Origin: Octopus vulgaris
Lineage: Eukaryota
Assembly (NCBI GenBank): GCA_951406725.2
Contig: OX597816.1
Coordinates: 166,098,001 to 166,162,000 of the forward strand
DNA length: 64,000 bases
Direction of reading: 5' to 3'
Position numbers and translations under genes: made by a program. A model generated the notes under the pieces. The model was not told the origin of the DNA, did no database searches, and saw only the letters and a program-made list of their open reading frames with translations. Position 1 is the stretch's first letter. Each line of letters begins with the position of its first letter. This document shows, piece by piece, positions 1-12,918 of the stretch.

Positions 1-341
1 TTGTCAACAATTTCATTTAATGTATTAATTTCATAAATATGTATGTATGTGTGTATGTATGGATGTATGGATGGATGGATGGATGGATGGATGGATGCAT
101 TATGTGAAGTTAACTATTAATGTTGTTTTTTTTCCTTTTTAAATTAAAAAAAATTTATTGCCCGCTTTTTCCATGCTTACCCTTCCTGACACTAACTCTT
201 ATCTGTTTATCCCAGTAAAGTAGTAAAGTATAACTTTCTTCAAACGTGTTTGAAACGAGGAGCTGTCAATAGACAACACCGTTTTTAGGGATGTTTCCAA
301 GCTCGCTGACGTCTTAACCACACACATACACTAATATATAT

Positions 342-413
<72 letters not shown>

Positions 414-452
414 CAGGGCTTAGTAAAACTAAAAGACTGCTGCAATAAGTGT

Positions 453-1086
453 GTGAAAACAATAAAACATAACACCATATCTCATCTCAAAACACTATTG
501 TATATATCAACTCACAAGCTTAGAAACAATGAGGCATACAACACTATTGCACAAAATCTTCCTTTACTAACTAGAGACCCAAAAATGAACAATATCCTGA
601 AAGCACATGAATTCATCAAATGCAAAAGGCAACACAAATCGTTAAAGAGACTTCTAACAAATGCGAAGCTTTACACCACAATCACGAAACCAACGGTTAA
701 AAAATGTGGACGCCTAAACTGTGGAACATGCCCCAACCTACTTGAAGGCTCGGATATCCTTTTCAAACAAATTTCCTTTTCACTTGTGCCTCTGGAAATT
801 TAATTTATGTAATAACCTGTTCGGGTTGTGGACATCACTACATAGGACAGACGAGTATGACATTGAGACGGAGAACCACTCTACATAAAGAGCAGATCCG
901 GTTCTCGTAATACAGACAGATTTTCCTTTAAGTGGACACACAGAGAGATGTTCAGGTAACAGCAAACCAAATTTCACAGTTTTTCCTTTCTACCAATGTA
1001 AAGATACAATTTCTATACAAGAACGTTTAAATAAAGAGAATTTATTCATCAAAAAATACAGAACATGTCTAAATATGCACAAATAA
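453..1086 (+). pseudogene. Penelope-like element GIY-YIG endonuclease fragment (frameshifted)
   Basis: ORF 453-803 has KKCGRLNCGTCP. Manual translation after a frameshift near 779 gives FTCASGNLIYVITCSGCGHHYIGQT..RRRTTLHKEQI*..ERLNKENLFIKKYRTCLN, the IY..YIG / R..H / E..I..LN pattern of PLE endonucleases. Confidence 0.85.
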
Positions 1087-1175
1087 CCAACTTTGATCTC
1101 TATACATATTTTAATTCACGATTACATACCCATAACTATACATAATTCTTCCCAGTACTCTAGTTTTTGAATTTT

Positions 1176-1210
<35 letters not shown>

Positions 1211-1381
1211 TTCCCACCCCCACCCCACCACCGAAACATCAACAATTATCCCCCCTGTCCACAATGATAACGATAACCAATGCATCCCCTTAGATTTTTC
1301 TAAGTGTTGAATCATTCATTCATTAACTCCACACAGGACATGGACAAAAAATTGTTTTTAAGAAAAGACATATTTAAATAA

Positions 1382-1516
<135 letters not shown>

Positions 1517-1819
1517 TGAAAAGTTCCTGGCTCGGGGTAAAACAAAATACAGGAGGATCAGTTAATTATAACGACTAATGGAGGAAGAATGAATGAGGAA
1601 ATGCGAAAGAATAAAAGATAGAATGATTGAGTGACAGAGATAGATTTTTGAATGGCTGAAGCAGCAGGTATTTCGATGAATACAAGCTGCAACGTCTTTG
1701 TCGTAGAATTTGCGAGAAATTTATTTGTAAAGAAAAAGAAAAGGAATTGAAAAATACGCTTAATGATTATATAAGTTCACATGCACGCACACACACACAC
1801 ACACACGTATGTATGTATG

Positions 1820-2623
1820 AATGTCATTATTCAGTTTATTTCCAGGTTTCTTGCCAATAGAGAAAGAACCGATTTCTAACCTAAATCCAGGGTTCCTTAA
1901 TTGGAATTTCAACATCAATAACAGGGTATTTTTGTTTCTTAGTGTGTGTGTATGTATGTATGTATGTATGTATGTATGTATGTATGTATGTGCAGATTTG
2001 TATGTTTTATGTATGCATTCTCATGCATAGAGTTACATATCTGAACATGCTCATAAATGATAAACTTCTGGAAAGTTTTACAGATTTTTACAGCTCCAGT
2101 GAAGGGTTGGATTTACCTTTCTGGATTTGAGATGCCTAATTTCTCAAGATTGGTATTTAGGCAGTGTTAATTATCCCGGGGCCCCAATAATTACAGGTAT
2201 AAACCTGAACTTGTAATCTGGATAGAGTAACTGCAGATTTCTCAACAGCTCAGCATAGTTGTTCTCTTTTCCACTAATCTTCAGCTTTTATGTTAAAATC
2301 CGCTGGGCAGCTAATTTCCACAACTGTCAATTTCTCTTCACTACCCCAAATCATTATATCAGGTCTGTTGTGCTTACATTTTATTCAGGTCTTCACTAGG
2401 ACATTCCACCAGTATTCCTTTTTTTATTATGAGTGGCTATGGCTTCTACCATATTGTGGGGTTTTATTTCTTTGTCCCTGGAATTATCCTTCCGACGGAT
2501 TTCATTATAGAGTGTCCTAGCTACAACGTCATATCTCATCGATAGATAATACCGTAATGACATTTTCGGACAGCTGCTTATGGTGTGGATGATATCTTCA
2601 GTGTGAACTCCACAAAGTCTGCA
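1820..2623 (-). mobile_element. 5'-truncated R4/Dong-clade non-LTR retrotransposon (CCHC + restriction-like endonuclease + 3' UTR)
   Basis: Minus strand translates as [19 protein letters not shown] (CCHC), RYDVVA, KHNRPDIMIW..VVEISCPAD, ENNYAELLRNLQ, FIPVIIGA, VKICKTFQKF. Flanked by (TACA)n on both sides. Confidence 0.85.
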
Positions 2624-2741
2624 TGTATGTATGTATGTATGTATGTATGTATGTATGTATGTATGTATGTATGTATGTGTGTATGTATGTATGTATGTAT
2701 GTACGTATGTATGTATGTGTCGTGACGAGTCGTCGTCACAT

Positions 2742-3638
2742 TGTTGTGACGTGAATTTAACAAGTTAGAGAGAGACGCAAAGGGAGAAGCTACGAGTCAG
2801 TCGAGATTTGGACGTCTACACAAGAACCACCGGTCGAAGAGAAGAACATGAAATTCTTGCTTCAGAAGTTTTGACGTGGGTTCAAACTCTCAATTTTAAT
2901 TCCTCCTCCAATTTAATTTAAGATTTAGTAATATCTATTTGGAGGAGGGTAGTCACAGAAAACAATACGAAGTGCTAACATTTTAAACAGTAATCGATAT
3001 ATTTCGAAATAATTCTCATAATTCATCAAAATACATATGTGTGAACCAATATAAGTTAGTTTTTTAAGAATACGATGTGCTAATTCCCTTAATTTCGAAC
3101 GTTGTCACACCTTATGAAAGTACCGAACGATTCATCGACGAAAATTTTATTTTATTTCATCCTTGTTACCGCAAAAACAGAGATAAATATCTCGGTATCA
3201 AAAATCAAAGAAAAGATGGCGGACTGGAAATACGGACTTCATAAATAAATATAGCCAGATGACGGCTTGTGAAAAATAGAGATAAATATTTCGTTATCAA
3301 GGATACGCAGAAAAATGACTGAATGGAATTGCAAATTTCAATGCAACACAGAATATAACAATGTGACAGTCTTGTGGACACTTCGTTTGTAATGACAAAG
3401 GAGATAAATACTTCGATATCAAGATGCGAAGATAAATAACTGACCGGATATACAGACTCTTTTATCTGTTTGATTATAAATATGTCCAAAAGTTCGTTCT
3501 AGAAATTGTCATTTAACAGCAGTGAGTTCTTATTCTTCTTTTTCGTTTTCTTCTCTTCGAATGGTGGTTCTTGTCAAGACGTCCAAGCCTCGACTGACTT
3601 TTAGCTTCTTTCTAACTCGTTAAATACACGTCACGACA
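2742..3638. mobile_element. Non-autonomous element with ~100-bp inverted termini (TGT...ACA)
   Basis: 2742-2853 (TGTTGTGACGTGAATTTAACAAGTTAG...) is the approximate reverse complement of 3541-3638 (...CTAACTCGTTAAATACACGTCACGACA). Flanks ACAT/ATAT. Confidence 0.6.
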
Positions 3639-3654
3639 ATATGTATAACTTGTA

Positions 3655-3818
3655 AGGCGGCGAGCTAGCAGACTCGTTAGCACGCCGGGCGAAATGCTTA
3701 GCAGTATTTCGTCTGCCGTTACGTTCAGAGTTCAAATTCCGCCGAGGTAGACTTTGCCTTTCATCCTTTCAGGGTCGATTAAATAAGTACCAGTTACGCA
3801 TGGGAGTCGATATAATCG
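3655..3818 (+). mobile_element. tRNA-derived SINE family A
   Basis: GGCGGCGAGCTAGCAGA..GTTAG A-box-like head, GAGTTCAAATT B-box-like motif, GCCTTTCATCCTTT..GTCGATTAAATAAGTACCAG body. Many copies in the window. Confidence 0.85.
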
Positions 3819-4033
3819 AAGTTAAATATTAATGTTGCTTTTTTTCTTTTTAAAATTTTATTGCCCGTTTTTTCCATGCTTACCCTTCCTGACACTAACT
3901 CTTATCTGTTTATCCAAGTAAAGTAGTAAAGTATAACTTTCTTCACACGTCTTCCAAACGAGAAGCTGTCAACAGACAACACCGATTGTAGTGATGTTTC
4001 CGAGCTCGCTGACAGCTAAACCACACACACATA

Positions 4034-4322
4034 GGACCAATCCGTCGGTTGCGACGACGAGGGTCCCAGCTGATACGATCAACATAACAGATTGCTCGTG
4101 AAATTAATGTGCAAGTGGCTGAGCACTCCAGAAACACGTGTACCCTTAACGTAGTTTTCGGGGAGATTCAGCGTGACACAGAGAGTGACAAAGCTGACCC
4201 TTTGAAATACAGGTAACGTAAAATAAAGTGACTTGCACAGGACAACGCGCCACCGAGAATTGAACTCACGACCTTACGATCATGTGCCGAATGCCCCTAA
4301 CCACTAAGCCACGCGCCTTTAT
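4034..4322 (-). mobile_element. SINE family B variant with target-site duplication
   Basis: Reverse complement of the family B body (GGGTACACGTG..GAGTGCTCAGCCAC). Flanked by AACCACACAC(AC)ATA on both sides. Confidence 0.8.
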
Positions 4323-4355
4323 AACCACACACATACACTATGATATTTATATATA

Positions 4356-4490
4356 TTGGGTCATCCCATAAATAATGCGGATTTTTCAATTGTATGAACT
4401 AAACGTCGGAGGGGGACGGGATAAACTACCTGCATCAACTTGCTTAAAAGCAGGTAGTAATTTTACCTTGTTCTTATTCTTAATGCAGTG
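4356..4490 (+). mobile_element. mariner 5' end fragment
   Basis: TATTGGGTCATCCCATAAATAATGCG TIR-like start. Body is the reverse complement of 43610-43720, upstream of the mariner transposase at 42.3-43.6 kb. Confidence 0.7.
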
Positions 4491-4751
4491 AAGGTGCATG
4501 GCTCAGTGATTAGAGCTTCGAGCTTACGAGCTTACTTATAATCTTATATCTCCTGAGCTGAGCAAAATATTTTTATAATAAATATTTCGTCGCAGCGATT
4601 TTCTCTTGACACAAAAGAAATTTGCTATTTTCTATTTAGTTAAATAGCTGTCTATTGAGACCAAATTGACAAACGCAACTCTTCTATCCACCTCTGCACT
4701 TTCTGTCCATAGCCAATGAGGTAAATCCGAGGTGTCGTGATTGCTAGTTGA

Positions 4752-4753
4752 AA

Positions 4754-4831
<78 letters not shown>
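4752..4831. repeat. (ATT)n microsatellite / retroelement tail
   Basis: Perfect ATT run directly after a 75-bp sequence that recurs at 14606-14681, also before (ATT)n. Confidence 0.9.
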
Positions 4832-5289
4832 TGCTATCTAAACGTATTCAGTTGGTGTGAAATCTCGTGAAGAATCACAATGTATAACATAACGCCTCAT
4901 TGGTTCTGTGTGTTTGCCAATTTGGTCTCAATCAACAGACAACTAATTTACTCAAAAGAAAATTTCTTTTGTGTCAAGCAAACGAAAGAGAACATTTCCG
5001 AGAAGAATAAATTTATTATGAAAATGTTTTTGCTTAACTCAGCAGATATTAAAGATTATAAGTAAGCTGCAATCTGATGAAAAATCGATAAAAAAATATT
5101 TTCTCACTTGAAAAAGCTTTATTTATACGCAAATCTATAGATAGATACATACATACATACATACAAACTTTCATACATGTATACATATCACGTGACCGAC
5201 CAGACCATCAGGTGTTGCTACACATCGCTGTTTTAGCCTTCGATTGACGCCACCCCGCTAGCTAAGCGAGCAGGCCAACAGGCGAAAGA

Positions 5290-5466
5290 GTGAGAGAAAG
5301 AGTGGTGAAAGAGTACAGCAGGGATCACGACCCCCTGCCGGAGCCTCGTGGAGCTTTTTAGGTGTTTTCGCTCAATAAACACACACAACACCCGGTTTGG
5401 GAATCGAAACCGCGATCCTACGACCGCGAGTCCGCTGCCCTAACAACTGGGCCATTGCGCCTCCAC
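5290..5466 (-). mobile_element. SINE family B 5' portion
   Basis: Reverse complement of GGAGGCGCAATGGCCCAGT..GGGCAGCGGACTCGCGGTC..GTTTCGATTCCC. Confidence 0.85.
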
Positions 5467-5677
5467 ACATGTATACATATATAATTTCATATATACATAC
5501 ATACATCATCTGCTTTCGCAAAGATCTACATTGTTAAAGCTCAATAAAAAATGTTGAATCATTACACCACATTAATCCACTTTTCCATCTGCTGTGATTT
5601 CACATTCCTTGAATAATTTCACTATTTAATATCTATAGAAACGAATCGAGACATCGATAGTGATTTGTAGCACAGTG

Positions 5678-5897
<220 letters not shown>

Positions 5898-6144
5898 CCA
5901 AAAGAACCGGCTATGCAAGCAAAAGTAAATATTGAAAACAACACGTCCAGATTTGGACATACGACAGTTTAACATAATAGCAACGATATATATTCCTTTA
6001 TTCTTTTACTTGTTTCAGTGATTTGACTTTGGCCATGCTGGAGCACCGCCTTTAGTCGAACAAATTGGCCCCAGAACTTATTCTTTGCGAGCCTAGTACT
6101 TATACCCACATCATAAGAAGTTGTTCTGAAATGTCATCAGGGTA

Positions 6145-6636
6145 TTTATTTCTTTATTGCCCACAGGGGGTTAAAAATTGAGGGGACAAACAAAGAGTTT
6201 AAGTCGATTATTATATATTTATTTCGTTATTGTCCACAGGGGACTAAACATAGAGGGGACAAACAAGGACAGACAATGGGATTAAGTCGATTACATCGAC
6301 TCCAGTGCGTAACTGGTACTTATTTAATCTACTCCAGAAGGATGAAAGGCAAAGTCGACCTCGGCGGAATTTGAACTCAGAACGTAAAGACAGACGAAAT
6401 ACCAGTTTCATTACTACCCACAAGGGGCTAAACACAGAGAGGACAAACAAGGACAGACAAACGGATTAAGTCGTTTGCATCAACCCCAGTGCGTAACTGG
6501 TACTTAATTTATCGACCCCGAAAGGATGAAAGGCAAAGTCGACCTCGGCGGAATTTGAACTCAGAGCATAGCGGCAGACGAAATACGGCTACGCATTTCG
6601 CCCGGCGTGCTAACGTTTCTGCCAGCTCACCGCCTT
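6145..6636 (-). mobile_element. Cluster of SINE family A copies/fragments
   Basis: Repeated GAAGGATGAAAGGCAAAGTCGACCTCGGCGGAATTTGAACTCAG at ~6337 and ~6520. Confidence 0.85.
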
Positions 6637-7379
6637 TCCAATTATATATTGAATAGCCTCTTTCATCCCTCCACCTACCTTTGTATTACTTTTCTGTCCC
6701 ACCCAACATGTCTTTGTAAAGTCCTCCCCCTTTTTAATGTTCTATGCATTTTTACATTGATTTCACCGTCTCACCATCAGTACACAGGATCAGAGGGTTT
6801 TAATCGTGTTTTCTTTCCCATTGTATAAGTGTCATAAATATTTTTATAAGTCAATGCCTCTTTCTGAGAAATATCTAAACGAATGTACTAAAATATTATA
6901 CGTTGTTATTCTACATGGGTGAGGACATAGATTGAAAGTAAACTCTTATAATCTGCAGGCCATAAATAACTTACAGTTGCAGTAACTTCTTTATCAAATG
7001 AAAAGAATGAAAAGATGTATTTCAGTTAAAGATTAACGAAAATAAAGCCGTCATTTAATTCCCGTATTCGTTCTAAAGCCCTGGTAATCGGTGGCCTCCT
7101 GGTTCAGTGTGGCTATTGTACATTAGTAAAAGCCCAAAGGATTAAGGCTTCTGCTCGGAAATAAAGCGAAATTTTATGATTGATTTCGGTTCGATATTTA
7201 TGTGAGTAGCTTCATACTTAGTCGTTCAGTAATTTCACTTTTAAACACTAATATGCTTACATATAGGTAAATACAATCATATTTAATACGTTCATGTGCA
7301 CTCGGATTTGGTAAAACCTTTCGCTATAGAAATAGTCTCTGAGGAAAATTCTCTTGATAGATTAATACGTTTCAAAAGA

Positions 7380-7625
7380 CATAAAATAAAAATAAATGCG
7401 CCCTTTTAAAACCTAGCCAGGCTCATGGGCCCGGTTTCCCGGTTTCTATGGCGTATGTGTTCCCCAGCTGGACGGGACGCCAGTCCATCGCAGCATTACT
7501 CATTTTTCCAGCTGAGTGGACTGGAGCAATGTGAAATGAAGTGTTTTGCTCAAGAACACAACGCGTCGCCCGGTCCAGGAATCGAAACCACAATCTTACG
7601 ATCATGGTGCTGACTCCCTAACCAC
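7380..7625 (-). mobile_element. tRNA-derived SINE family D
   Basis: Near-complete reverse complement of 60146-60400. Confidence 0.85.
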
Positions 7626-8445
7626 TTCACATATATGTACAAAATGAAACATAACATTTCGAAGAAAATTGTGATGTGTGTTAGTATGTATGTATGCGTG
7701 CTCGCCATTTTTCTGTTCACATCAAATTCCTATATAATCGTAATGCATCCAGTTTGAATATTTGTAGAAATTTTCATTTAAAACTACTCATTTTTCTGAA
7801 AGTTCTGATGAAACATAACCGACTCGTATGAATTTTTTTGAAACGCCTCTCTTCATTCACCTAAAAAATAATTTTTCACATATTCCGACATAATTGGAAT
7901 CTCCCTTATCTAAAGTGTATTTGTTAAAAAATTCATTCAAAAAATGTTAATATTTTGTAAGTTATGAAGAAACAAATTCGGTAGGCATATTTGTGTATGT
8001 CTGTCCATTGCTTTTGCATTATTATCTATCTACATATCGGTTTGCTTCGCTTCACTTTCATTTTGTATGCAACAATATTTAATTATATAACTGCATGTTA
8101 TAAATAAACTGTAGTGTGATGGAGGAAAAAGACAACAGAAAAATATGCAAAAGGGAGAAAGAAATACAGAGACCTTACCTGTTGACCTAGACGGGATGAG
8201 CGATCACTATCAAGAATAAACAAGTCTTTGCACGCTGCCGTCTCTCATCGAACAGCCCGCACGTGCTTTTTGCCCACGCATGCCCCTGTGGCTCTTCCGC
8301 AGGCCCCTGAAGTCTTCCCTCCGTTTACCTTATCTGCAATCCTCTCCACCAACACCACATAGCTCATCACAGCTCATAACACCACAAACGCCACATAAAC
8401 AAAGAATATATTTCTTTCTTCGGGTTGCTTCAAAATGGTGAATAT

Positions 8446-8873
8446 AATGTATTGTGGGATATTGTGGTGTAAGAGGAGAGCTGCGAGTGCCATATTTTAG
8501 AAGTCTGGCATAATATTTTAGGGTCATTGTATCTTCATTCACAGTACTTTCGCACGGCACATTTTCATCAATGCCTAGGTGCTTGTAACATTCTTTGTGT
8601 GGGAAAGGGCTGATAGTGAGACTATTGAAAAATACATGTTTTGGGCACTGGGTACTGATTTTCCACATTTCTTTTGGTCAAATTCGATTCTTTTGTCAGT
8701 TGAAAATGTTATTAATTACAGTTGTTTTTAGGCATTGTTAACATCTTTAGCGTAAACCTTGATGTCAACCACGAAGAAATTATCTTAGTTCCAAAGTTCC
8801 TTCATTGGAATTTCAACATTAACAACAGGGTATTTTTGTTTGTATGTATGTGTGTATGTATGTATGTATGTAT
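8446..8873 (-). repeat. Inverted local duplication of parts of 9800-10409 (R4 RT fragment plus R4 3' UTR)
   Basis: 8446-8783 matches the reverse complement of 10071-10409 with few mismatches. 8781-8870 matches the reverse complement of ~9800-9890. Confidence 0.9.
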
Positions 8874-9378
8874 GCAATAGGCTCAATTTTTCACTCCATA
8901 TAAACGTGAATATGATAACGGTATTTACGATGATTTTCTGAAAAGGAGTAAATTGATGTGTTATATTCAGCTGACAATATTCTATATATAGGATTGTTTT
9001 TTGTATTTTAGAAGATTAAGTTACTATAAATATTAACTGGGATTTTCTAATATGTTTCTAACATGGCTGTTTATATGTGTATAAGTTACACAAATGTATG
9101 CATATGCTAGCATTTCGTTATTTATGCATCCAGTTAAATGCATAACGATTATGCCTTTTTCATTTTTCCATACAAGCATGAATTGATGCTCATAAAAAAC
9201 GAAATAAGTCTTTAAAGTTTTAAGCCTGCACTCTTCTAAAGAAAAGAATAAAGAGATAAAACAGATGAAAAGAGGGAAAAGTATGTGGAAAAATAAATGC
9301 CCGGAGCTCATGTCTTCACACACACAGACACATGAAAAAAAAACACATATATAGTGCATACATACATACATACATATA

Positions 9379-9409
<31 letters not shown>

Positions 9410-9518
9410 CATACATACATACATACATACATACATACATACATACATACATTCTTACATCAATAAATAAATAAATACACATATACATTCGTACATACAT
9501 ATACATATACGTACATGC

Positions 9519-9947
9519 ATAAATACCAATCTTGTGAAATTAGGTTTCTCAAAACCAGAAAGGAGAAAGCTAATTCGAAGACTACAGATCCAATCCATCA
9601 CTGGAACTGTAAAAAGCTGTAAAACTTTCCAGAAGTTTATCATTTAAATATATATATGAGAATGTCTAGATATGTAGCTATATGCACGAGTATACATGCG
9701 TAAAACAAAATATACAAATCTGCGTATACATACATACATGCATGCGTACATACATACATACATACATACATACATACATACATACATACATACATACATA
9801 CATACATACATACATACACACATACATACAAACAAAAATACCCTGTTGTTAATGTTGAAATTCCAATGAAGGAACTTTGGAACTAAGATAGAAACCGGTT
9901 CTTTCTCTATTGGCAAGAAATCTTGAAATCAACTGAATAATGAACTC
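9519..9947 (+). mobile_element. 3' end of R4/Dong-type element (same family as 1820-2623)
   Basis: Translates as NTNLVKLGFSKPERRKLIRRLQIQSITGTVKSCKTFQKFII*, with the shared 3' UTR (TGTTGAAATTCCAAT..TTGGCAAGAAA..AACTGAATAATGA). Lies in (TACA)n. Confidence 0.85.
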
Positions 9948-10866
9948 CATACATACATATACATATATGCATACATACATCAGTAAATATATATGTACAT
10001 ATTAATTTTTCCATTAAATCCATTATCATCCCGGTTACATGCTGGAACTGCTAGAGTTATTAATGTAACCTATAATTTCTTCGTGGTTGACATCAAGGTT
10101 TATGCTAAAGATGTTAACATTGTCTAAAAACAACTGTAATTAATAACATTTTCAACTGACAAAAGAATCGAATTTGACCAAAAGAAATGTGGTAAATCAG
10201 TACCCAGTGCCCAAAACATGTATTTTTCAATAGTCTCACTATCAGTCCTCTCCCACACAAAGAATGTTATAAGCACCTAGGCATTGATGAAAATGTGCCG
10301 TGCGAAAGTACTGTGAATGAAGATACAATGACCCTAAAATATTATGCCAGACTTCTAAAATATGGCACTCGCAGCTCTCCTCTTACACCACAATATCCCA
10401 CAATACATTTACAGTACCAGTGCAAACTCCAACTTTTAGGATACTTGACTGGTCTGTAGAAGAAATCCACACCATAGACGTTAAAACCTGCAAGATTCTG
10501 AAATTAGCTGAAAATCTTTACAGAACTAGTGAAACCGACAGTCTCTACATAAGAAGAGACGAAGAAAGTAGAGGCATGAGATCAGTGCTGACAGCCTTCG
10601 AATGTCGCATAGTCTCTCTCAGACAGCACTTGCTAAGCAACAGCAGCAAAAAATAAATGCATTAACTTAGTGCTGAAAAATGAAGAGAACAATATCCTAC
10701 GTTTCGGCAGCGAGCTCCTCAAGAAGCATTCTTTTCCTGATGATCTCCCATACAATTCCAAATCAGCCAGACTGACGTACTTTAGAGAAGACCTAGGTGT
10801 GAATCACTTAGTGTGTCATAAAATGACCATGCATGCGTATGCTTCATGAAGACTTATATACAATAA

Positions 10867-11251
10867 CTAGCAGTATCGCCCGGCGTTGCTCGGGTTTGTA
10901 AGGGAAATAACTATAAAGCATTTTTAGAGAGTTATAGCCAAAAAATAGCAAAAAAATGGGAAAAAAATTATAGTAAATTTTTTGAGAGTTAAAAAGGTCG
11001 AGTTGCGTCCCCTAGACAGTCTGTGGTTTGTGTTTCTGGTTCTCGACCCCATGTCGAATTTATCGATTTTTTTCAGAACTGGGGGAACTTTTCAAAATTT
11101 TCGCTGCGTTAGTTTTGAATTACGACATTGGGCTATGTGTGTGTCAAGTTTCATCAGAATCGGTTGAAAGCCGTGGTCAGGGTGAGGGTACAACCTAACA
11201 GACACACGGACACGCAGACAGACAAACAGCCGTTTATATAGAGAGAGAAGA
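10867..11251 (-). mobile_element. Non-autonomous Helitron
   Basis: Minus strand runs 5'-TC...CCCGAGCAACGCCGGG hairpin + CGATACTG-CTAG-3'. Inserted between A and T with no TSD. Confidence 0.9.
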
Positions 11252-11515
11252 TAATACCGACATGAAACGAAGCCTTTCTTGGACTCGTGACAGCTACATC
11301 ACATCACACTTCGAAGGTTTTGTATTTGTATTCTAAGAACAGGGGATTGTTACGAAATACCTAATCAACAAAAGAGACAGTGAAGACCTTGGAGTTCCAA
11401 GATGCGACTGAAAATGTACATTTTTTCCATGTTTCTGTGGAAGATATCACACGTGATTAGCAGCTTCCCAAAAATGTCATCAAGGTACTACTTCCCTATA
11501 CGACATTACATAGTC

Positions 11516-11794
<279 letters not shown>

Positions 11795-11795
<1 letters not shown>

Positions 11796-12020
11796 GCATA
11801 TTTTGGTCATATTATGCGGAGAAAATCCCTGGAGAAGGACATCATGCTCGGAATGGTCAGTGGCAAGAGAGGAAGAGGCCGACCAAGAACCCACTGGCTT
11901 GACACCATCAAGAGTGATACCGGAATGGACATAGCCAATCTGAGAGAAGCGGCCCAGGATAGAACTGACTGGATGACACTGATCCATGGAGTAAACGAGT
12001 GTCGACTTCGACTGAGCGGA
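11795..12020 (+). mobile_element. RTE/BovB-like LINE 3' end fragment
   Basis: [45 protein letters not shown], a typical RTE RT C-terminus. Confidence 0.9.
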
Positions 12021-12048
12021 TATATATATATATATATATATATATGAG

Positions 12049-12086
<38 letters not shown>

Positions 12087-12149
12087 ATCCAAACATGAAA
12101 ACACAAAGAGAAAACACAACAACGCGAAGACGTGGAACAAGTATAGTGT

Positions 12150-12222
12150 TATTGGACGCTCAGGAAAGGAAAGAAAGAAGGAGGATTTAACGTTTCGAGC
12201 GAAGCTCTTCGTCAGAAACATA
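12150..12222 (-). ncRNA. Hammerhead-ribozyme-like motif (Penelope-type)
   Basis: Minus strand CUGACGA-A-GAGC-uuc-GCUC-GAA-ACGUU...AGCGU-C. Stem I pairs poorly. Confidence 0.5.
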
Positions 12223-12638
12223 GGAAAAGGAAAGATCCAAGGAAGGGAAGACGGGGGGAAAAAATCACCAACGGTACACACGCGGTCACATTTTGAATAT
12301 ACACAATGCCATTCGGAAAAAGGACTGTCCTGGAATAAATATAGAGGATCTCCCTGTGATTGAATACGTACACAAACATCGAGAGAAGCAATACTGGTAG
12401 AACATTCCAATCAAAACATCTGTCAAGACCGAGTATTGTTGTTTTCAGTAGACAAGAAAGGGTATGTCCCCTCGTAGAGGTCAGCTGTCCTGCTGATGTG
12501 AATATCTCTTTGAAAATCAAAGAGAAAAAGGATAACTATGGGTAACTGCTTCGAAACCTCCAGCTTCTACATCCAGATTATAAATTCACATTTATATCGA
12601 CAATAATTGGTGCGAATGGTTTTGTAAGCAAAAGCATA

Positions 12639-12826
12639 TGTTGTGTGGACGCCCCCAGACGATGAAGTAAGCTAGCCCAATACGTAGATATAGAGGGAGA
12701 AGTCTAGACGTCGTCAGAGAATAGTTGAGTAGTAGATGAAGTGAGCAGAGTAGAGTAGTAGAGCAGAGAAGAGTCGAGTTGAGTAGAGGTCATCTGAACG
12801 TGTGACATAACAGTGGTGACGAGGAT
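12639..12826 (+). mobile_element. Short LTR (TG...CA) followed by primer-binding site
   Basis: TGTTGTG...CATAACA (12639-12812), then TGGTGACGAGGAT, one mismatch from the complement of the tRNA-Ser(GCU) 3' end. Confidence 0.6.
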
Positions 12827-12918
12827 TTCGTAGCTCACACAGCCACAGTGTAGTAATGCGATATAACAGAGACGACGAGGATTTCGTAGCTCACACAGCC
12901 ACTGTGTAGTATTGCGAT

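Noticed and set aside
9195-9245. Possible hammerhead remnant (minus TAGAAGAGTGCAGGCTTAAAAC); also CTGATGA at 5074, 7805, 27905, 52573
   Set aside because: Core residues or stems are missing.
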